Shown here: positions 17,975-27,344 of the stretch, one piece after another
How positions within the stretch are numbered: position 1 is the stretch's first letter
Layout of the letters: each line of letters begins with the position of its first letter
NCBI GenBank assembly: GCA_964640425.1
Contig: CAZXFC010000002.1
Location: forward strand, 1-34,362
DNA: 34,362 nucleotides
DNA from: an uncultured Candidatus Saccharibacteria bacterium
Lineage (GTDB): Bacteria; Patescibacteriota; Minisyncoccia; UBA11713; 2-01-FULL-45-33
Direction: 5' to 3'
The notes under the pieces: generated by a model
The model's database searches: none
What the model was told of the DNA's origin: nothing
The model's input: the letters and a program-made list of their open reading frames with translations, nothing else
Made by a program: the position numbers and the translations under genes

Positions 17975-18869
17975 TCTTATTATTCTGGGGCTTGCGATGC
18001 TCCTGGCAGCACTCTCGCTCCTACCGAGCGGCGAGGAAACTATCAATACAAAGCTAATTGCTTCCGGGGTTTCGCCGGAAATTCCGGTAACATTGTCTCC
18101 GCCGCCGCAAATCGAAGCTAAGAGCGCATATGCATACGACCTTTCATCAGAAAAAATAATTTTTGAAAAAAACAGCGGAGAAATCCTTCCGCTGGCAAGC
18201 ATCACGAAAATAGTGAGCGCCCTTGCTTTGCTTGTGCGCTTGGACGCCGATGAAGAAGTTGAAATAACAAAGCGCTCGGTGATGACTGAAGGGGCAAGCC
18301 CTTTTGCGGCAGGGGAGCATTTCAAAGTCCGCGACCTGATGGCTTTCGTGATGGTTGAATCGTCCAACGACGCCGTTGAAGCTTTGGTGGAACATCTCGC
18401 GCGCAAGAACGGAGTCCTGCCCGCGGAGGCCGACCTGTGGTTTTTGAGTTTAATGAGGAATGAAGCCGCCGCTCTCGGCGCTCCGACAATGATGTTCTAC
18501 AATCCGACCGGCCTCGACGCTTCGTACATTCAGGCGGGGGCTTATGGCTCGGCGCAAGATCTTATGAAAATTATAAAAGCGACGCAGAGTTCCGAACTCT
18601 GGCAATTCGGCAATATGACTGAAGTGACTTCGATCAAAGGCAGGACTTATAAACTGAAACCGACGAACCTCTTAGAAAGCGAACTCAATCTATTGGTCGG
18701 GGGAAAGACAGGTTTTACCGATCTCGCGGGCGGCAATCTTTTGGTTATTATCCAATATCCTCTCGACCATCCAATCGGCATTGTTGTTCTGGGCTCCACA
18801 GCCGACGGCCGCTTCTCTGATGTCAAAGCCATTTTCGACTGGTATAAGGAAAAAACACCCGTAAAATAA
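17961..18869 (+). CDS. D-alanyl-D-alanine carboxypeptidase (peptidase S11)
   Basis: PLASITK (SxxK), SSN (SxN), NPTGL and GKTG. Confidence 0.9.
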   Translation: MKKNNLIILGLAMLLAALSLLPSGEETINTKLIASGVSPEIPVTLSPPPQIEAKSAYAYDLSSEKIIFEKNSGEILPLASITKIVSALALLVRLDADEEVEITKRSVMTEGASPFAAGEHFKVRDLMAFVMVESSNDAVEALVEHLARKNGVLPAEADLWFLSLMRNEAAALGAPTMMFYNPTGLDASYIQAGAYGSAQDLMKIIKATQSSELWQFGNMTEVTSIKGRTYKLKPTNLLESELNLLVGGKTGFTDLAGGNLLVIIQYPLDHPIGIVVLGSTADGRFSDVKAIFDWYKEKTPVK

Positions 18870-18884
18870 GCTTATTTTTAGCTA

Positions 18885-18913
18885 TTGACATAGCGTGTGT
18901 TATATGCTAAACT
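18885..18913 (+). promoter_or_regulatory. Sigma70-type promoter
   Basis: TTGACA-17-TAAACT with an extended TG. Confidence 0.7.
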
Positions 18914-19001
18914 TTAGCTAGAAAGTTGGGTCCATCTGTAAACCAGGCCGGAGGCTCCTGAATTTAATGCAAGAGCAGGCCACAAATAGGAGGGATGAAA
19001 G

Positions 19002-19190
19002 ATGGAAATAAAAATAAGTGCGAAAAACATCGTGTCTCGTGGAAAAAGAAGTGGGAAAAAAACGGTAATGGTCGTTCTTGTCTCAAGAGACAAGAACGGG
19101 AGGAAAACCTCTGAAACCCGCCATTTGCGATTGCACGGTGGAGAGTGGAGAGACGTTTACGAGAACGTCTATGTTATATCCACTGAGTAA
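19002..19190 (+). CDS. Small basic hypothetical protein (62 aa)
   Basis: Has its own promoter, an AGGAGG SD and a terminator. Confidence 0.7.
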   Translation: MEIKISAKNIVSRGKRSGKKTVMVVLVSRDKNGRKTSETRHLRLHGGEWRDVYENVYVISTE

Positions 19191-19205
19191 AACTGGGGAA
19201 ATCAA

Positions 19206-19240
19206 GAGGGAGACGAAAATCGTCTCCCTCGTTTGTTTTT
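19206..19240 (+). terminator. Intrinsic terminator
   Basis: GAGGGAGACGA-AAA-TCGTCTCCCTC followed by GTTTGTTTTT. Confidence 0.85.
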
Positions 19241-19269
19241 ATGTAAATTTTTGCTAAACTTAAAATATT

Positions 19270-20334
19270 ATGCGTTCCGAATTATTATTGAATGTATACA
19301 AGGTTTTGGGGGCGGCGGGAGCCGCGTTTTTTTTGGGGATAATATTGACACCGATATTAACGCACTATCTTTATAAATATAAAATGTGGAGGAAAGATGT
19401 GCGGACGCACGCGGCTGACGGCGCGCCTAGTCCGATATTTAACAAACTGGACGCGCCGCGCGCATTGCGCGCTCCCCGGATGGGCGGAATTTTGATATGG
19501 GGTACAACTTTTATCGTCGCGCTTTTATTTTGGTTCTTGGGTTTTTATTATGACGGGCTTTTCACGAAATTAAATTTCCTTTCGCGCGGGCAAACATGGG
19601 TGCCCCTCGGTATTTTAATAGCCGGCTCGCTTGTCGGCCTATTGGATGATTTGCTTTTGGTATTTCAAAAGGGAGGATATGTAGGGGGCGGTTTAACTTT
19701 TACGCGGCGAATTTTTTTAATTATCTTGATAGCAGCGCTCGGCGCATTCTGGTTCTATTTTAAATTGGATAAAAGCGCGGTGTTCGTGCCCGGCAACGGA
19801 CCTTTTGAGCTCGGGATTTTATTTCCGGTGTTTTATATTTTGGTCACGCTCGCGGTTTTTTCCGGCGGAGTTATCGACGGCTTGGATGGCCTTTCGGGAG
19901 GCGTTTTTGCGAATATTTTTGCCGCCTATGCGGGCATCGCATTTTTCCAGGACCAGATGGATATCGCCGCTTTTTGCGCGGTCATTGCGGGCGCCATACT
20001 CGCGTTTTTGTGGTTTAATATTCCGCCCGCGCGTTTTTATATGTCTGAAACTGGAATCATGGGCCTTACCACAACTTTGGCTGCCGTCGCTTTTTTGACG
20101 GACGCGGTTTTTGTGCTTCCGATAATCGCCCTGCCTCTCGTTATTGAATCGCTTTCCGTGATCATCCAACTCATATCCAAGCGTTTTTTTGGGCGAAAAG
20201 TATTCTTGGTGGCTCCCATCCATCATCACTTCGAAGCCATCGGCTGGCCTGCCGAAAAAGTCGTCATGCGCTTTTGGGTATTTTCCGGAGTTTTCGCTGC
20301 ATTCGGAATGATAGTGCAGCTTGTAAGCCATTGA
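19270..20334 (+). CDS. mraY: Phospho-N-acetylmuramoyl-pentapeptide transferase
   Basis: PRMGG, GLLDD, IDGLDGL, WFNIPPARFYM and APIHHHFE. Confidence 0.92.
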   Translation: MRSELLLNVYKVLGAAGAAFFLGIILTPILTHYLYKYKMWRKDVRTHAADGAPSPIFNKLDAPRALRAPRMGGILIWGTTFIVALLFWFLGFYYDGLFTKLNFLSRGQTWVPLGILIAGSLVGLLDDLLLVFQKGGYVGGGLTFTRRIFLIILIAALGAFWFYFKLDKSAVFVPGNGPFELGILFPVFYILVTLAVFSGGVIDGLDGLSGGVFANIFAAYAGIAFFQDQMDIAAFCAVIAGAILAFLWFNIPPARFYMSETGIMGLTTTLAAVAFLTDAVFVLPIIALPLVIESLSVIIQLISKRFFGRKVFLVAPIHHHFEAIGWPAEKVVMRFWVFSGVFAAFGMIVQLVSH

Positions 20335-20365
20335 CATCAAAGCTTTAAAAATTTAGGATTAAAAT

Positions 20366-20638
20366 ATGCCGAAGAAAAAATCGCTTTCGGGACCGGTTAC
20401 CAAGGAATATCTAGGAGAATACACCGAACAGGTTATTTTGCCCGGAGTTGAGGCTATTCTTGAAAAACGTGTTGGTCCATTAGAAAAAAAAATCGATGAG
20501 GGGTTTGCGGAAATGCGCAAAGGATTTGCGGGCATCGAGAGATCCATTCAAGTTTTAGGAGGCGATATTGCCGAATTAAAAGAACAAAAATTGGATGAAC
20601 GCGTAAGAGTTTTGGAACGAAAAGCCGGAGTTAGATGA
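20366..20638 (+). CDS. Hypothetical coiled-coil protein
   Basis: Heptad-like 90-aa ORF; promoter TTGACA-17-TAGGAT 6 nt before the ATG. Confidence 0.75.
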   Translation: MPKKKSLSGPVTKEYLGEYTEQVILPGVEAILEKRVGPLEKKIDEGFAEMRKGFAGIERSIQVLGGDIAELKEQKLDERVRVLERKAGVR

Positions 20639-20659
20639 CCTAAACTAAGTTTGGGGCAA
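20635..20659. repeat. Distant copy of the RAYT-associated 25-bp palindrome
   Basis: ATGACCTAAACTAAGTTTGGGGCAA, 21/25 identical to 351-375. Confidence 0.7.
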
Positions 20660-20714
20660 TTTTGGTTGATGAGCTTTTTTGTTTTTACGATAACATCGCG
20701 CTATAATAAGCTTA

Positions 20715-22274
20715 ATGTCTTATTCGATATTGATTAAAAATGGAACAGTTATCGACGGAAGCGGTGAGGCTCCGCGAAAAGCCGATGTCGCGGTAACGGG
20801 AAACCACATCAGCGATGTCGGCGACCTTACCGGGAAGACCGCCGCAAGGGTGATTAACGCTGAAGGAAAGTATGTCACGCCGGGCTTCATCGACCTGACC
20901 AATCACTCGGATACTTACGGAACTATTTTTACAAATCCGACTCAGGCCAGCATGCTTGCGCAGGGTGTAACCACATCGCTTTTCGGCAACTGCGGTGAAT
21001 CTTTAGCGCCTATTGTAAAAATTGACGCAATGGAAGGACTTGGCAGGTGGCTTTCGGAGTCGGCCATAAATACGGATTGGAACTCGACCGCCGAATATTA
21101 CGACGCGCTTTCCGAGCTGCGCTCCGGCGTAAATATAGCAACGCTCATCGGACAAAACTCGCTCAAACGGAGCGCCAACGATCCCGATGAAATGGCACTG
21201 CTCCTGGAAGCGGCAATGCGCGACGGGGCATGGGGACTTTCCAGTAATTTTTCTTTCACCACAGAAGGCCAGTATCTTTCCGCTGAAACTCTGAAACTTT
21301 TGGAAATTGTGAAATCTTTCGACGGCCTTTATAAGATACACTTGCAGGATGAGGGCAAGAATTTTCTTCCGTCGCTTGTCAGCGTGGTGGATTTCGCGAG
21401 GCGCAGCGGCGTCCGTACGGTCGTTTCGCATTTCAAAGCTCTCGGTAAAGGCGCTTGGAAAGATTTTGCAAAAGCCATAAAAATAATAAAAACCGCAAGG
21501 GAAGACGGCGTGGAAATATATTTTGATTTTTTTCCATATGCCAGTGCCGGCTCCATGCTTTTGAATATTTTACCTTCTTGGACAAGGGAAGGCAACGATA
21601 AAGACGTGCTAAACAAACTTTTTGACCGCGGCTTAGCGGCGCAGATGATTGCTCAGCTCCAACAGCAAACAATCCATCCGGAGCGCATACTGATCGTATC
21701 AGCTAAAAAAGATAAAAAAATCGTCGGCAAAACTTTGAAAGAAATCGCTTCCCATGTTTCCATGGCGCCCGAAGAAACCATAATCGAAATATTAAAATTA
21801 AACGACCTTAACGTAACCTTCCTCGGAAAGACCATCTCGCCGAAAAATATTGTTTTCGCGGCGCGCTATAAAGAATCGATAGTCGCTTCCGACGGCGCGG
21901 GCTACGACCTGGATTTTGAAAAATTTGGCGATCTGGTACATCCGCGTTCTTTCGGGGCATATCCGCGCTTTTGGCGAAAAATCGCTTCTAAAGCTGGCAT
22001 AAGCCCGGAAAAAGCAATATATAAGATGACGAATCTCCCCGCAAAAATTTTGGGACTCACTGACCGCGGCATAATACGCAGAAATTTTGTGGCGGATATT
22101 GCCGTATTCGACATGGACGGCTTCAAAGACCGCTCCACATATAAAAATCCGTTCCGTTTTCCCGACGGCATGCGCTATGTGCTTGTAAACGGGCAGATAG
22201 CAAAAGCAGACGATGGAGCGCTGGGAACCGTTCCGTTCACCAGAAATGGTACAGTGCTCAAGAAAAAAACTTAA
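20715..22274 (+). CDS. N-acyl-D-amino-acid deacylase family amidohydrolase
   Basis: IKNGTVIDGSG, PGFID...HSD, GNCG, SHFK, ASDG and HPRSFGAYPR. Confidence 0.88.
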   Translation: MSYSILIKNGTVIDGSGEAPRKADVAVTGNHISDVGDLTGKTAARVINAEGKYVTPGFIDLTNHSDTYGTIFTNPTQASMLAQGVTTSLFGNCGESLAPIVKIDAMEGLGRWLSESAINTDWNSTAEYYDALSELRSGVNIATLIGQNSLKRSANDPDEMALLLEAAMRDGAWGLSSNFSFTTEGQYLSAETLKLLEIVKSFDGLYKIHLQDEGKNFLPSLVSVVDFARRSGVRTVVSHFKALGKGAWKDFAKAIKIIKTAREDGVEIYFDFFPYASAGSMLLNILPSWTREGNDKDVLNKLFDRGLAAQMIAQLQQQTIHPERILIVSAKKDKKIVGKTLKEIASHVSMAPEETIIEILKLNDLNVTFLGKTISPKNIVFAARYKESIVASDGAGYDLDFEKFGDLVHPRSFGAYPRFWRKIASKAGISPEKAIYKMTNLPAKILGLTDRGIIRRNFVADIAVFDMDGFKDRSTYKNPFRFPDGMRYVLVNGQIAKADDGALGTVPFTRNGTVLKKKT

Positions 22275-22276
22275 AT

Positions 22277-23371
22277 ATGCGCATTAAGGATTACGACAGG
22301 ATATTTTTTTTGCTCACATCGGCGATCGTTGTTTTGGGGCTTTTTATTCTTGCTTCGGCTTCGCTTTCGATTTCAACGGAACGCTTCGGCCACTCTTATT
22401 ACTTCCTTTTGCATCAAATAATTTTCGGATTGCTTCCCGGATTATTACTGTTTTATCTGGCATTGAAAATACCTTACCGTTACCTTAGAAACATAGCCCT
22501 GCCCTTGCTGCTCTTCGCAATCTTTTTGATGTTCCTGGTTTTCCTGCCAAAGATAGGAATGTATCATGGCGGAGCGCGCCGCTGGATAGTCTTGGGCCCG
22601 TTAACTTTTCAGCCTTCGGAATTTTTGAAATTCGCCTACATAGTTTATTTATCCGCGTGGCTCGAATCAAAATCAAAACAACTGAATACTTTCAAATTCG
22701 GCCTGCTTCCTTTCGCCATCATGACGGCGTTCATCGCTTCTTTTTTGGTTATGCAGCCGGATATCGGAACGCTCGGAGTGCTTATTGCATCCATATTCGC
22801 GCTTTTTTATCTAAGCGGAGTAAAAATGAAACAACTCGGCATTTTAGCGGGTGCCGGAGCGGTCATTCTCTTGATATTGATCATAGCGGAGCCCTACAGA
22901 ATGGACCGGATTACCACATTTTTTTCACCTAACGCTAGCCCGCAAGGTTCCGGTTACCAGATCAACCAGGCGCTGATAGCCACGGGCTCCGGAGGCTTGC
23001 TTGGAAGGGGTTTCGGTATGAGCCGTCAAAAATTCAGTTATTTGCCTGAACCGATCGGGGACTCTATTTTCGCGGTGTATGCCGAAGAAATGGGGTTTTT
23101 AGGGAGCATAACGCTATTGTCTTTATTTTTGCTCTTTTTCGTAAGAGGCATTAATATAACAAAGATGGCGCCGGATTCATTCGGTAGATATTTGGGAGCC
23201 GGGCTGCTTTTTTTAATAACATTCCAGATTATAATCAATATCGCGGCAATAACCGGCATGATACCGCTCACGGGAATACCTCTATCTTTAGTAAGTTACG
23301 GCGGATCAGCCATGATGGTAACAATGCTCGAGGTCGGAGTGATATTCAATATTTCTAAACAAAAAAATTAA
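22277..23371 (+). CDS. ftsW: SEDS peptidoglycan polymerase FtsW
   Basis: GARRW, FQPSEFLK, QPDIGT, YLPEP..DSIF and PLTGIPL..VSYGGS; lies directly before murG. Confidence 0.92.
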   Translation: MRIKDYDRIFFLLTSAIVVLGLFILASASLSISTERFGHSYYFLLHQIIFGLLPGLLLFYLALKIPYRYLRNIALPLLLFAIFLMFLVFLPKIGMYHGGARRWIVLGPLTFQPSEFLKFAYIVYLSAWLESKSKQLNTFKFGLLPFAIMTAFIASFLVMQPDIGTLGVLIASIFALFYLSGVKMKQLGILAGAGAVILLILIIAEPYRMDRITTFFSPNASPQGSGYQINQALIATGSGGLLGRGFGMSRQKFSYLPEPIGDSIFAVYAEEMGFLGSITLLSLFLLFFVRGINITKMAPDSFGRYLGAGLLFLITFQIIINIAAITGMIPLTGIPLSLVSYGGSAMMVTMLEVGVIFNISKQKN

Positions 23372-23479
23372 ATGAACCCCGTAAAAAAATTTTCAATAAA
23401 ATATTTTGGCAATATTTTTTCTATACCAGTAGAAGTCGCTGCTGGACTATTATCTTATAAAAATTTTCTAACGGGGTGA
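23372..23479 (+). CDS. 35-aa element-encoded coupling uORF
   Basis: MNPVKKFSIKYFGNIFSIPVEVAAGLLSYKNFLTG*; starts right after the ftsW TAA and its stop overlaps the murG GTG (GTGA). Confidence 0.6.
   Translation: MNPVKKFSIKYFGNIFSIPVEVAAGLLSYKNFLTG
23377..23476 (+). mobile_element. 100-bp MITE-like element at the murG start codon (TGAA duplication at 23373-23376 and 23477-23480)
   Basis: CCCCGT...ACGGGG terminal inverted repeats; 79/100 gapless identity to the reverse complement of 31067-31166. Confidence 0.85.
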
Positions 23480-24609
23480 AAATACTATTTGCAGGCGGAG
23501 GTACGGGCGGACACTTTTATCCGCTCATTGCGGTCGCCCGCGCCATAAGAAAAATAGCCGAAGAAGAAAACATTGCGCGCATTGATCTTTTCATGATGTC
23601 CGATGATCCGATGGATATCGACATCCTGATGGAGGAGCGGATAAATTTCATCATGATCCCGGCCGGTAAAATGCGCAGGTATTTTTCATTCAGATATTTC
23701 GGCGATTCGCTGAAAACTCTTACGGGACTTTTTACGGCTTTTTGGCGTCTCTATTTCCTGGTGCCTGACGTTATTTTTTCCAAAGGAGGGTACGCGAGCT
23801 TTCCCGTGCTCGCCGCCGCACGCATTTTGAGCATTCCGGTTATGATACATGAATCAGATTCTGTTCCCGGCATAGTCAACGCATGGGCAGGGAAGTGGGC
23901 CTCGCGCATCGGAGTATCATTTGAAGAAAGCCTGAAATATTTTGAAGGGAAAAATGCGGCGCTCGTCGGAAACCCTATCCGTCCGCAAATAATCGGCGGC
24001 AATCTTATGGAAGCAGCAGATTATTTCAAGCTTGAAGAAGGAGAACTCACTCCGCCGGTACTTTTGGTGCTCGGAGGCTCACAGGGTTCGCAACGCATCA
24101 ACGAAACGATCCTCGATATACTCGCCGAGGCTCTCACGAAATATCAAATAATCCATCAAACCGGTAAGGCGCATTATATCGACATATCCGGAAGAGCAAG
24201 CGTCGCACTGGAAAAAAATCAATGGAAGCAACGCTACCATCCTTATGCTTTTCTGGAAGAAGGGGAATTGCGCAACGCATCAAAAGCCGCTTCACTCATA
24301 ATTTCTCGCGCAGGGGCAGGTTCAATTTTCGAAATATCCACCTGGGGAGTGCCTTCTATTTTAATCCCGCTGCCGAGTGCCGCGCAGGACCACCAAAGAG
24401 AAAATGCCTACGCTTACGCCCGTTTCGGCGCCTGCGAGATAATTGAAGAAACCAATCTTACTCCGCATTTGCTCCTGGCACAGATAGACAAAATATTAGC
24501 TGATAAAGCGCGCACTTCCAAAATGCAGCGCTCCGCTCAAGCTTTTTCGCGCATTGACGCCGCCGATAAGATCGCGCGTGAACTGATCAAGGTCGGACTA
24601 CACGATTAG
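23476..24609 (+). CDS. murG: Lipid II GlcNAc transferase MurG
   Basis: GGGTGGH, KGGY, IHESD, GNPIR, GGSQG, SRAG and QDHQ..NA. Confidence 0.96.
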   Translation: MKILFAGGGTGGHFYPLIAVARAIRKIAEEENIARIDLFMMSDDPMDIDILMEERINFIMIPAGKMRRYFSFRYFGDSLKTLTGLFTAFWRLYFLVPDVIFSKGGYASFPVLAAARILSIPVMIHESDSVPGIVNAWAGKWASRIGVSFEESLKYFEGKNAALVGNPIRPQIIGGNLMEAADYFKLEEGELTPPVLLVLGGSQGSQRINETILDILAEALTKYQIIHQTGKAHYIDISGRASVALEKNQWKQRYHPYAFLEEGELRNASKAASLIISRAGAGSIFEISTWGVPSILIPLPSAAQDHQRENAYAYARFGACEIIEETNLTPHLLLAQIDKILADKARTSKMQRSAQAFSRIDAADKIARELIKVGLHD

Positions 24610-24634
24610 CCGCATTTTTGCTAAATTCAATTAT

Positions 24635-26062
24635 ATGCGAGTTAAGACACGAATGGCGCCGAGCCCGACCGGAGCCTTGCATGTGGGAACGGCGCGAACA
24701 ACCATATACAATTTCCTTTTCGCCCGGCACATGGGCGGTGAATTTATTCTGCGCATAGAAGATACGGATCTCGAACGCTCAGATAAAAAATTTGAGGGAG
24801 ATATAATATCGGGGCTGCAATGGCTCGGTATTTCATGGGACGGCGCGATAACGCGGCAAAGCGAGAGAATAGACGTATATGAAAAATATATCCGTAAACT
24901 TCTTGATGATGGCAAAGCATTTCATTGTCCGCATACTGAAGAAGAGCTTGAAAAAGAAAGGAAAAGCCAGCTTTGGGACAAAGAATCTCCAAGGCACGTC
25001 TGCGACGCCAGAGACATACCTGCGCGGGCCGGCTCAAAAGGACTTATTCGATTCAAGAATGACTCATCTGAAGATATAAAATTCAAAGACGAGATACGCG
25101 GAGAACTTAGATTTGACCCGCAACTTTTAGGCGACTTTTCCCTGGCAAAAGACCTGAGAATACCGCTTTATAATTTCGCCGTAGTAGTAGATGATCAAGA
25201 AATGGAAATTACGCACGTCATCCGAGGTGAAGATCATATTTCGAACACCCCGAAGCAAATATTACTGGAAGACGCGTTGGGATTTTCCCGCCCGGTTTTC
25301 GCGCATCTGCCTTTGCTTCTTGGGCCGGACAGATCAAAACTTTCCAAAAGGCACGGCGAAATCTCGATCAACGAATACAGGAACCGCGGATATCTTCCCG
25401 ATGCCATGTTCAATTTTTTGACCCTTCTGGGTTGGCATCTTTCCGAGGCGGGAGAAATGGGAACAGAGCAGGAAATTTTTTCAAAAGAAGAACTTATCAA
25501 AATTTTTGAGCTCGAGCGAGTGCAAAAATCCGGAGCCATATTTGACATTACAAAACTGGACTGGATGAACGGTGAATATATCCGCCGTAAATCACCAGGC
25601 GAGCTATCAGAGCTGGTAAAACCTTTTCTTCAGGAAGCTGACCTTTCACTTGGAAGCTTAGCTTCCAAGTCCGAAAAACTCGAACAAATTATCGCTCTCG
25701 AACAACCGCGCCTGAAAAAACTTTCCGAACTTCCGGAAAAAATTGATTATTTTTTCAACGAACCGAAATACGACCCCGAACTGCTAAATTGGAAAAAAAT
25801 GTCTAAAGAAGAAATTAAAAATTCCTTAAAGCTTTCAATGGAATTATTGAATATGGTTGGCACAAATGATTTTACAAAAGAAAATCTTGAAAAAATCTTG
25901 ATGAAAAAAGCTGAAGAAACTGGAGACAGGGGAGCGCTGCTATGGCCTCTTCGCGTTGCCCTCTCCGGCAAAAAAGCCTCTCCGGGACCCTTTGAAATAA
26001 TGCCCGTATTAGGGAAGGATACCTCAATAACTCGCCTCGAAAAGGCACTAAAACTGTTGTAA
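24635..26062 (+). CDS. gltX: Glutamate-tRNA ligase
   Basis: APSPTG.LHVG, LRIEDTD, ITHVIRGEDHISNTPKQ and KLSKR. Confidence 0.96.
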   Translation: MRVKTRMAPSPTGALHVGTARTTIYNFLFARHMGGEFILRIEDTDLERSDKKFEGDIISGLQWLGISWDGAITRQSERIDVYEKYIRKLLDDGKAFHCPHTEEELEKERKSQLWDKESPRHVCDARDIPARAGSKGLIRFKNDSSEDIKFKDEIRGELRFDPQLLGDFSLAKDLRIPLYNFAVVVDDQEMEITHVIRGEDHISNTPKQILLEDALGFSRPVFAHLPLLLGPDRSKLSKRHGEISINEYRNRGYLPDAMFNFLTLLGWHLSEAGEMGTEQEIFSKEELIKIFELERVQKSGAIFDITKLDWMNGEYIRRKSPGELSELVKPFLQEADLSLGSLASKSEKLEQIIALEQPRLKKLSELPEKIDYFFNEPKYDPELLNWKKMSKEEIKNSLKLSMELLNMVGTNDFTKENLEKILMKKAEETGDRGALLWPLRVALSGKKASPGPFEIMPVLGKDTSITRLEKALKLL

Positions 26063-26071
26063 TATAAAGAT

Positions 26072-27343
26072 ATGTTAAGGCGGAACATGAAGAGCGTCGT
26101 GTTTGGGTTATTAATGCTTTTTATACTTGGATTTTTTATCAAAACACCGTTGTTCCGGGACGCCCGGGCGGCTTCAGTCGACGATTTAAAAAAACAAATC
26201 GCCGGCAAGAACGCCGAGATTCAAAAACTTGAAGAAGAAATAAAACAATTTCAAGGTACTATAGCAGAGACACAGGCCAACGCAAAAACTTTAAAAAGCG
26301 CCATCGCCGGCCTTGATAACCAGATAAAAGCGCTGAACGCCAGTATAAATCTCACTAATAAAAAAATATCAACGAAAACACTGGAAATAACCGAGCTCGG
26401 AGAGAATATCAGTAAAACCGAAACATTAATGCAAGAACGCCAAAGAGCGATGGGAGAAATTTTAGCGGCATTGGGAACATCCGAAGAATACTCATTACTC
26501 GAAACATTTCTGAAATACGGAAGCATTTCCGACTTTTTTTCCGAACTCGACAATATCAGTTCGTTAAATATAAAAATGCGCCAAAATCATGATGAGCTGA
26601 TAAGTATTAAGATGAATTTGCAAGCGAAAAAATCTAATGCCGAGACAGCCAGCAAAGATCTAAAAAACTTAAAAGGAGATCTAATGGACCAAAAACAGAT
26701 CGAAACTGAAGGGAAAAAAGAAAAATCTACATTGCTCGCACAAACAAAAAACCAGGAAGCGGCTTATCAAAAATTACTGGTGAGCAGGGAAGAGAAGCGC
26801 GCCGAAATTTATGCCGAGATACGCGCCATAGAATCACAGCTTGTAAAACTCATCGATCTTTCCGCGTTACCGCCGTTCGGCAGCGGAGTTTTATTGAAAC
26901 CGATAGCAGGAGCAAAGTTAACCCAGCTTTTTGGCAATACGGCTTTTGCGAAAATAACCGACGTTTACGCCAACGGCTTTCATAACGGCATCGACTTTTC
27001 AACGCCCATTGGAACTCCGGTGCTTTCAGCCGATCCGGGAGTTGTCAAGGCAACCGGGGATTCCGATATCTCTTGCTACAAAGGTTCTTATGGGAAATGG
27101 ATATTGGTGGAGCACCCGAACAAACTTGCAACTCTTTACGCGCACCTTTCATTGATAAAAGTAGCCAAGGGACAACAAGTTGCCAGAGGTGATATAATAG
27201 CAAGTAGCGGAAACACCGGCTACACAACGGGCCCGCACCTCCATTTTACGGTATATGACGCGCACACGGTCGAATTCAGGCCTTCGCGGGTATGTGGGAT
27301 ATTGCCATACGGTGGCTATTTAGACCCGATGCTTTATATATAA
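26072..27343 (+). CDS. Coiled-coil M23 family peptidase / murein hydrolase activator
   Basis: Signal/TM segment, long coiled coil, HNGID, LYAHL and TGPHLHF. Confidence 0.9.
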   Translation: MLRRNMKSVVFGLLMLFILGFFIKTPLFRDARAASVDDLKKQIAGKNAEIQKLEEEIKQFQGTIAETQANAKTLKSAIAGLDNQIKALNASINLTNKKISTKTLEITELGENISKTETLMQERQRAMGEILAALGTSEEYSLLETFLKYGSISDFFSELDNISSLNIKMRQNHDELISIKMNLQAKKSNAETASKDLKNLKGDLMDQKQIETEGKKEKSTLLAQTKNQEAAYQKLLVSREEKRAEIYAEIRAIESQLVKLIDLSALPPFGSGVLLKPIAGAKLTQLFGNTAFAKITDVYANGFHNGIDFSTPIGTPVLSADPGVVKATGDSDISCYKGSYGKWILVEHPNKLATLYAHLSLIKVAKGQQVARGDIIASSGNTGYTTGPHLHFTVYDAHTVEFRPSRVCGILPYGGYLDPMLYI

Positions 27344-27344
27344 A

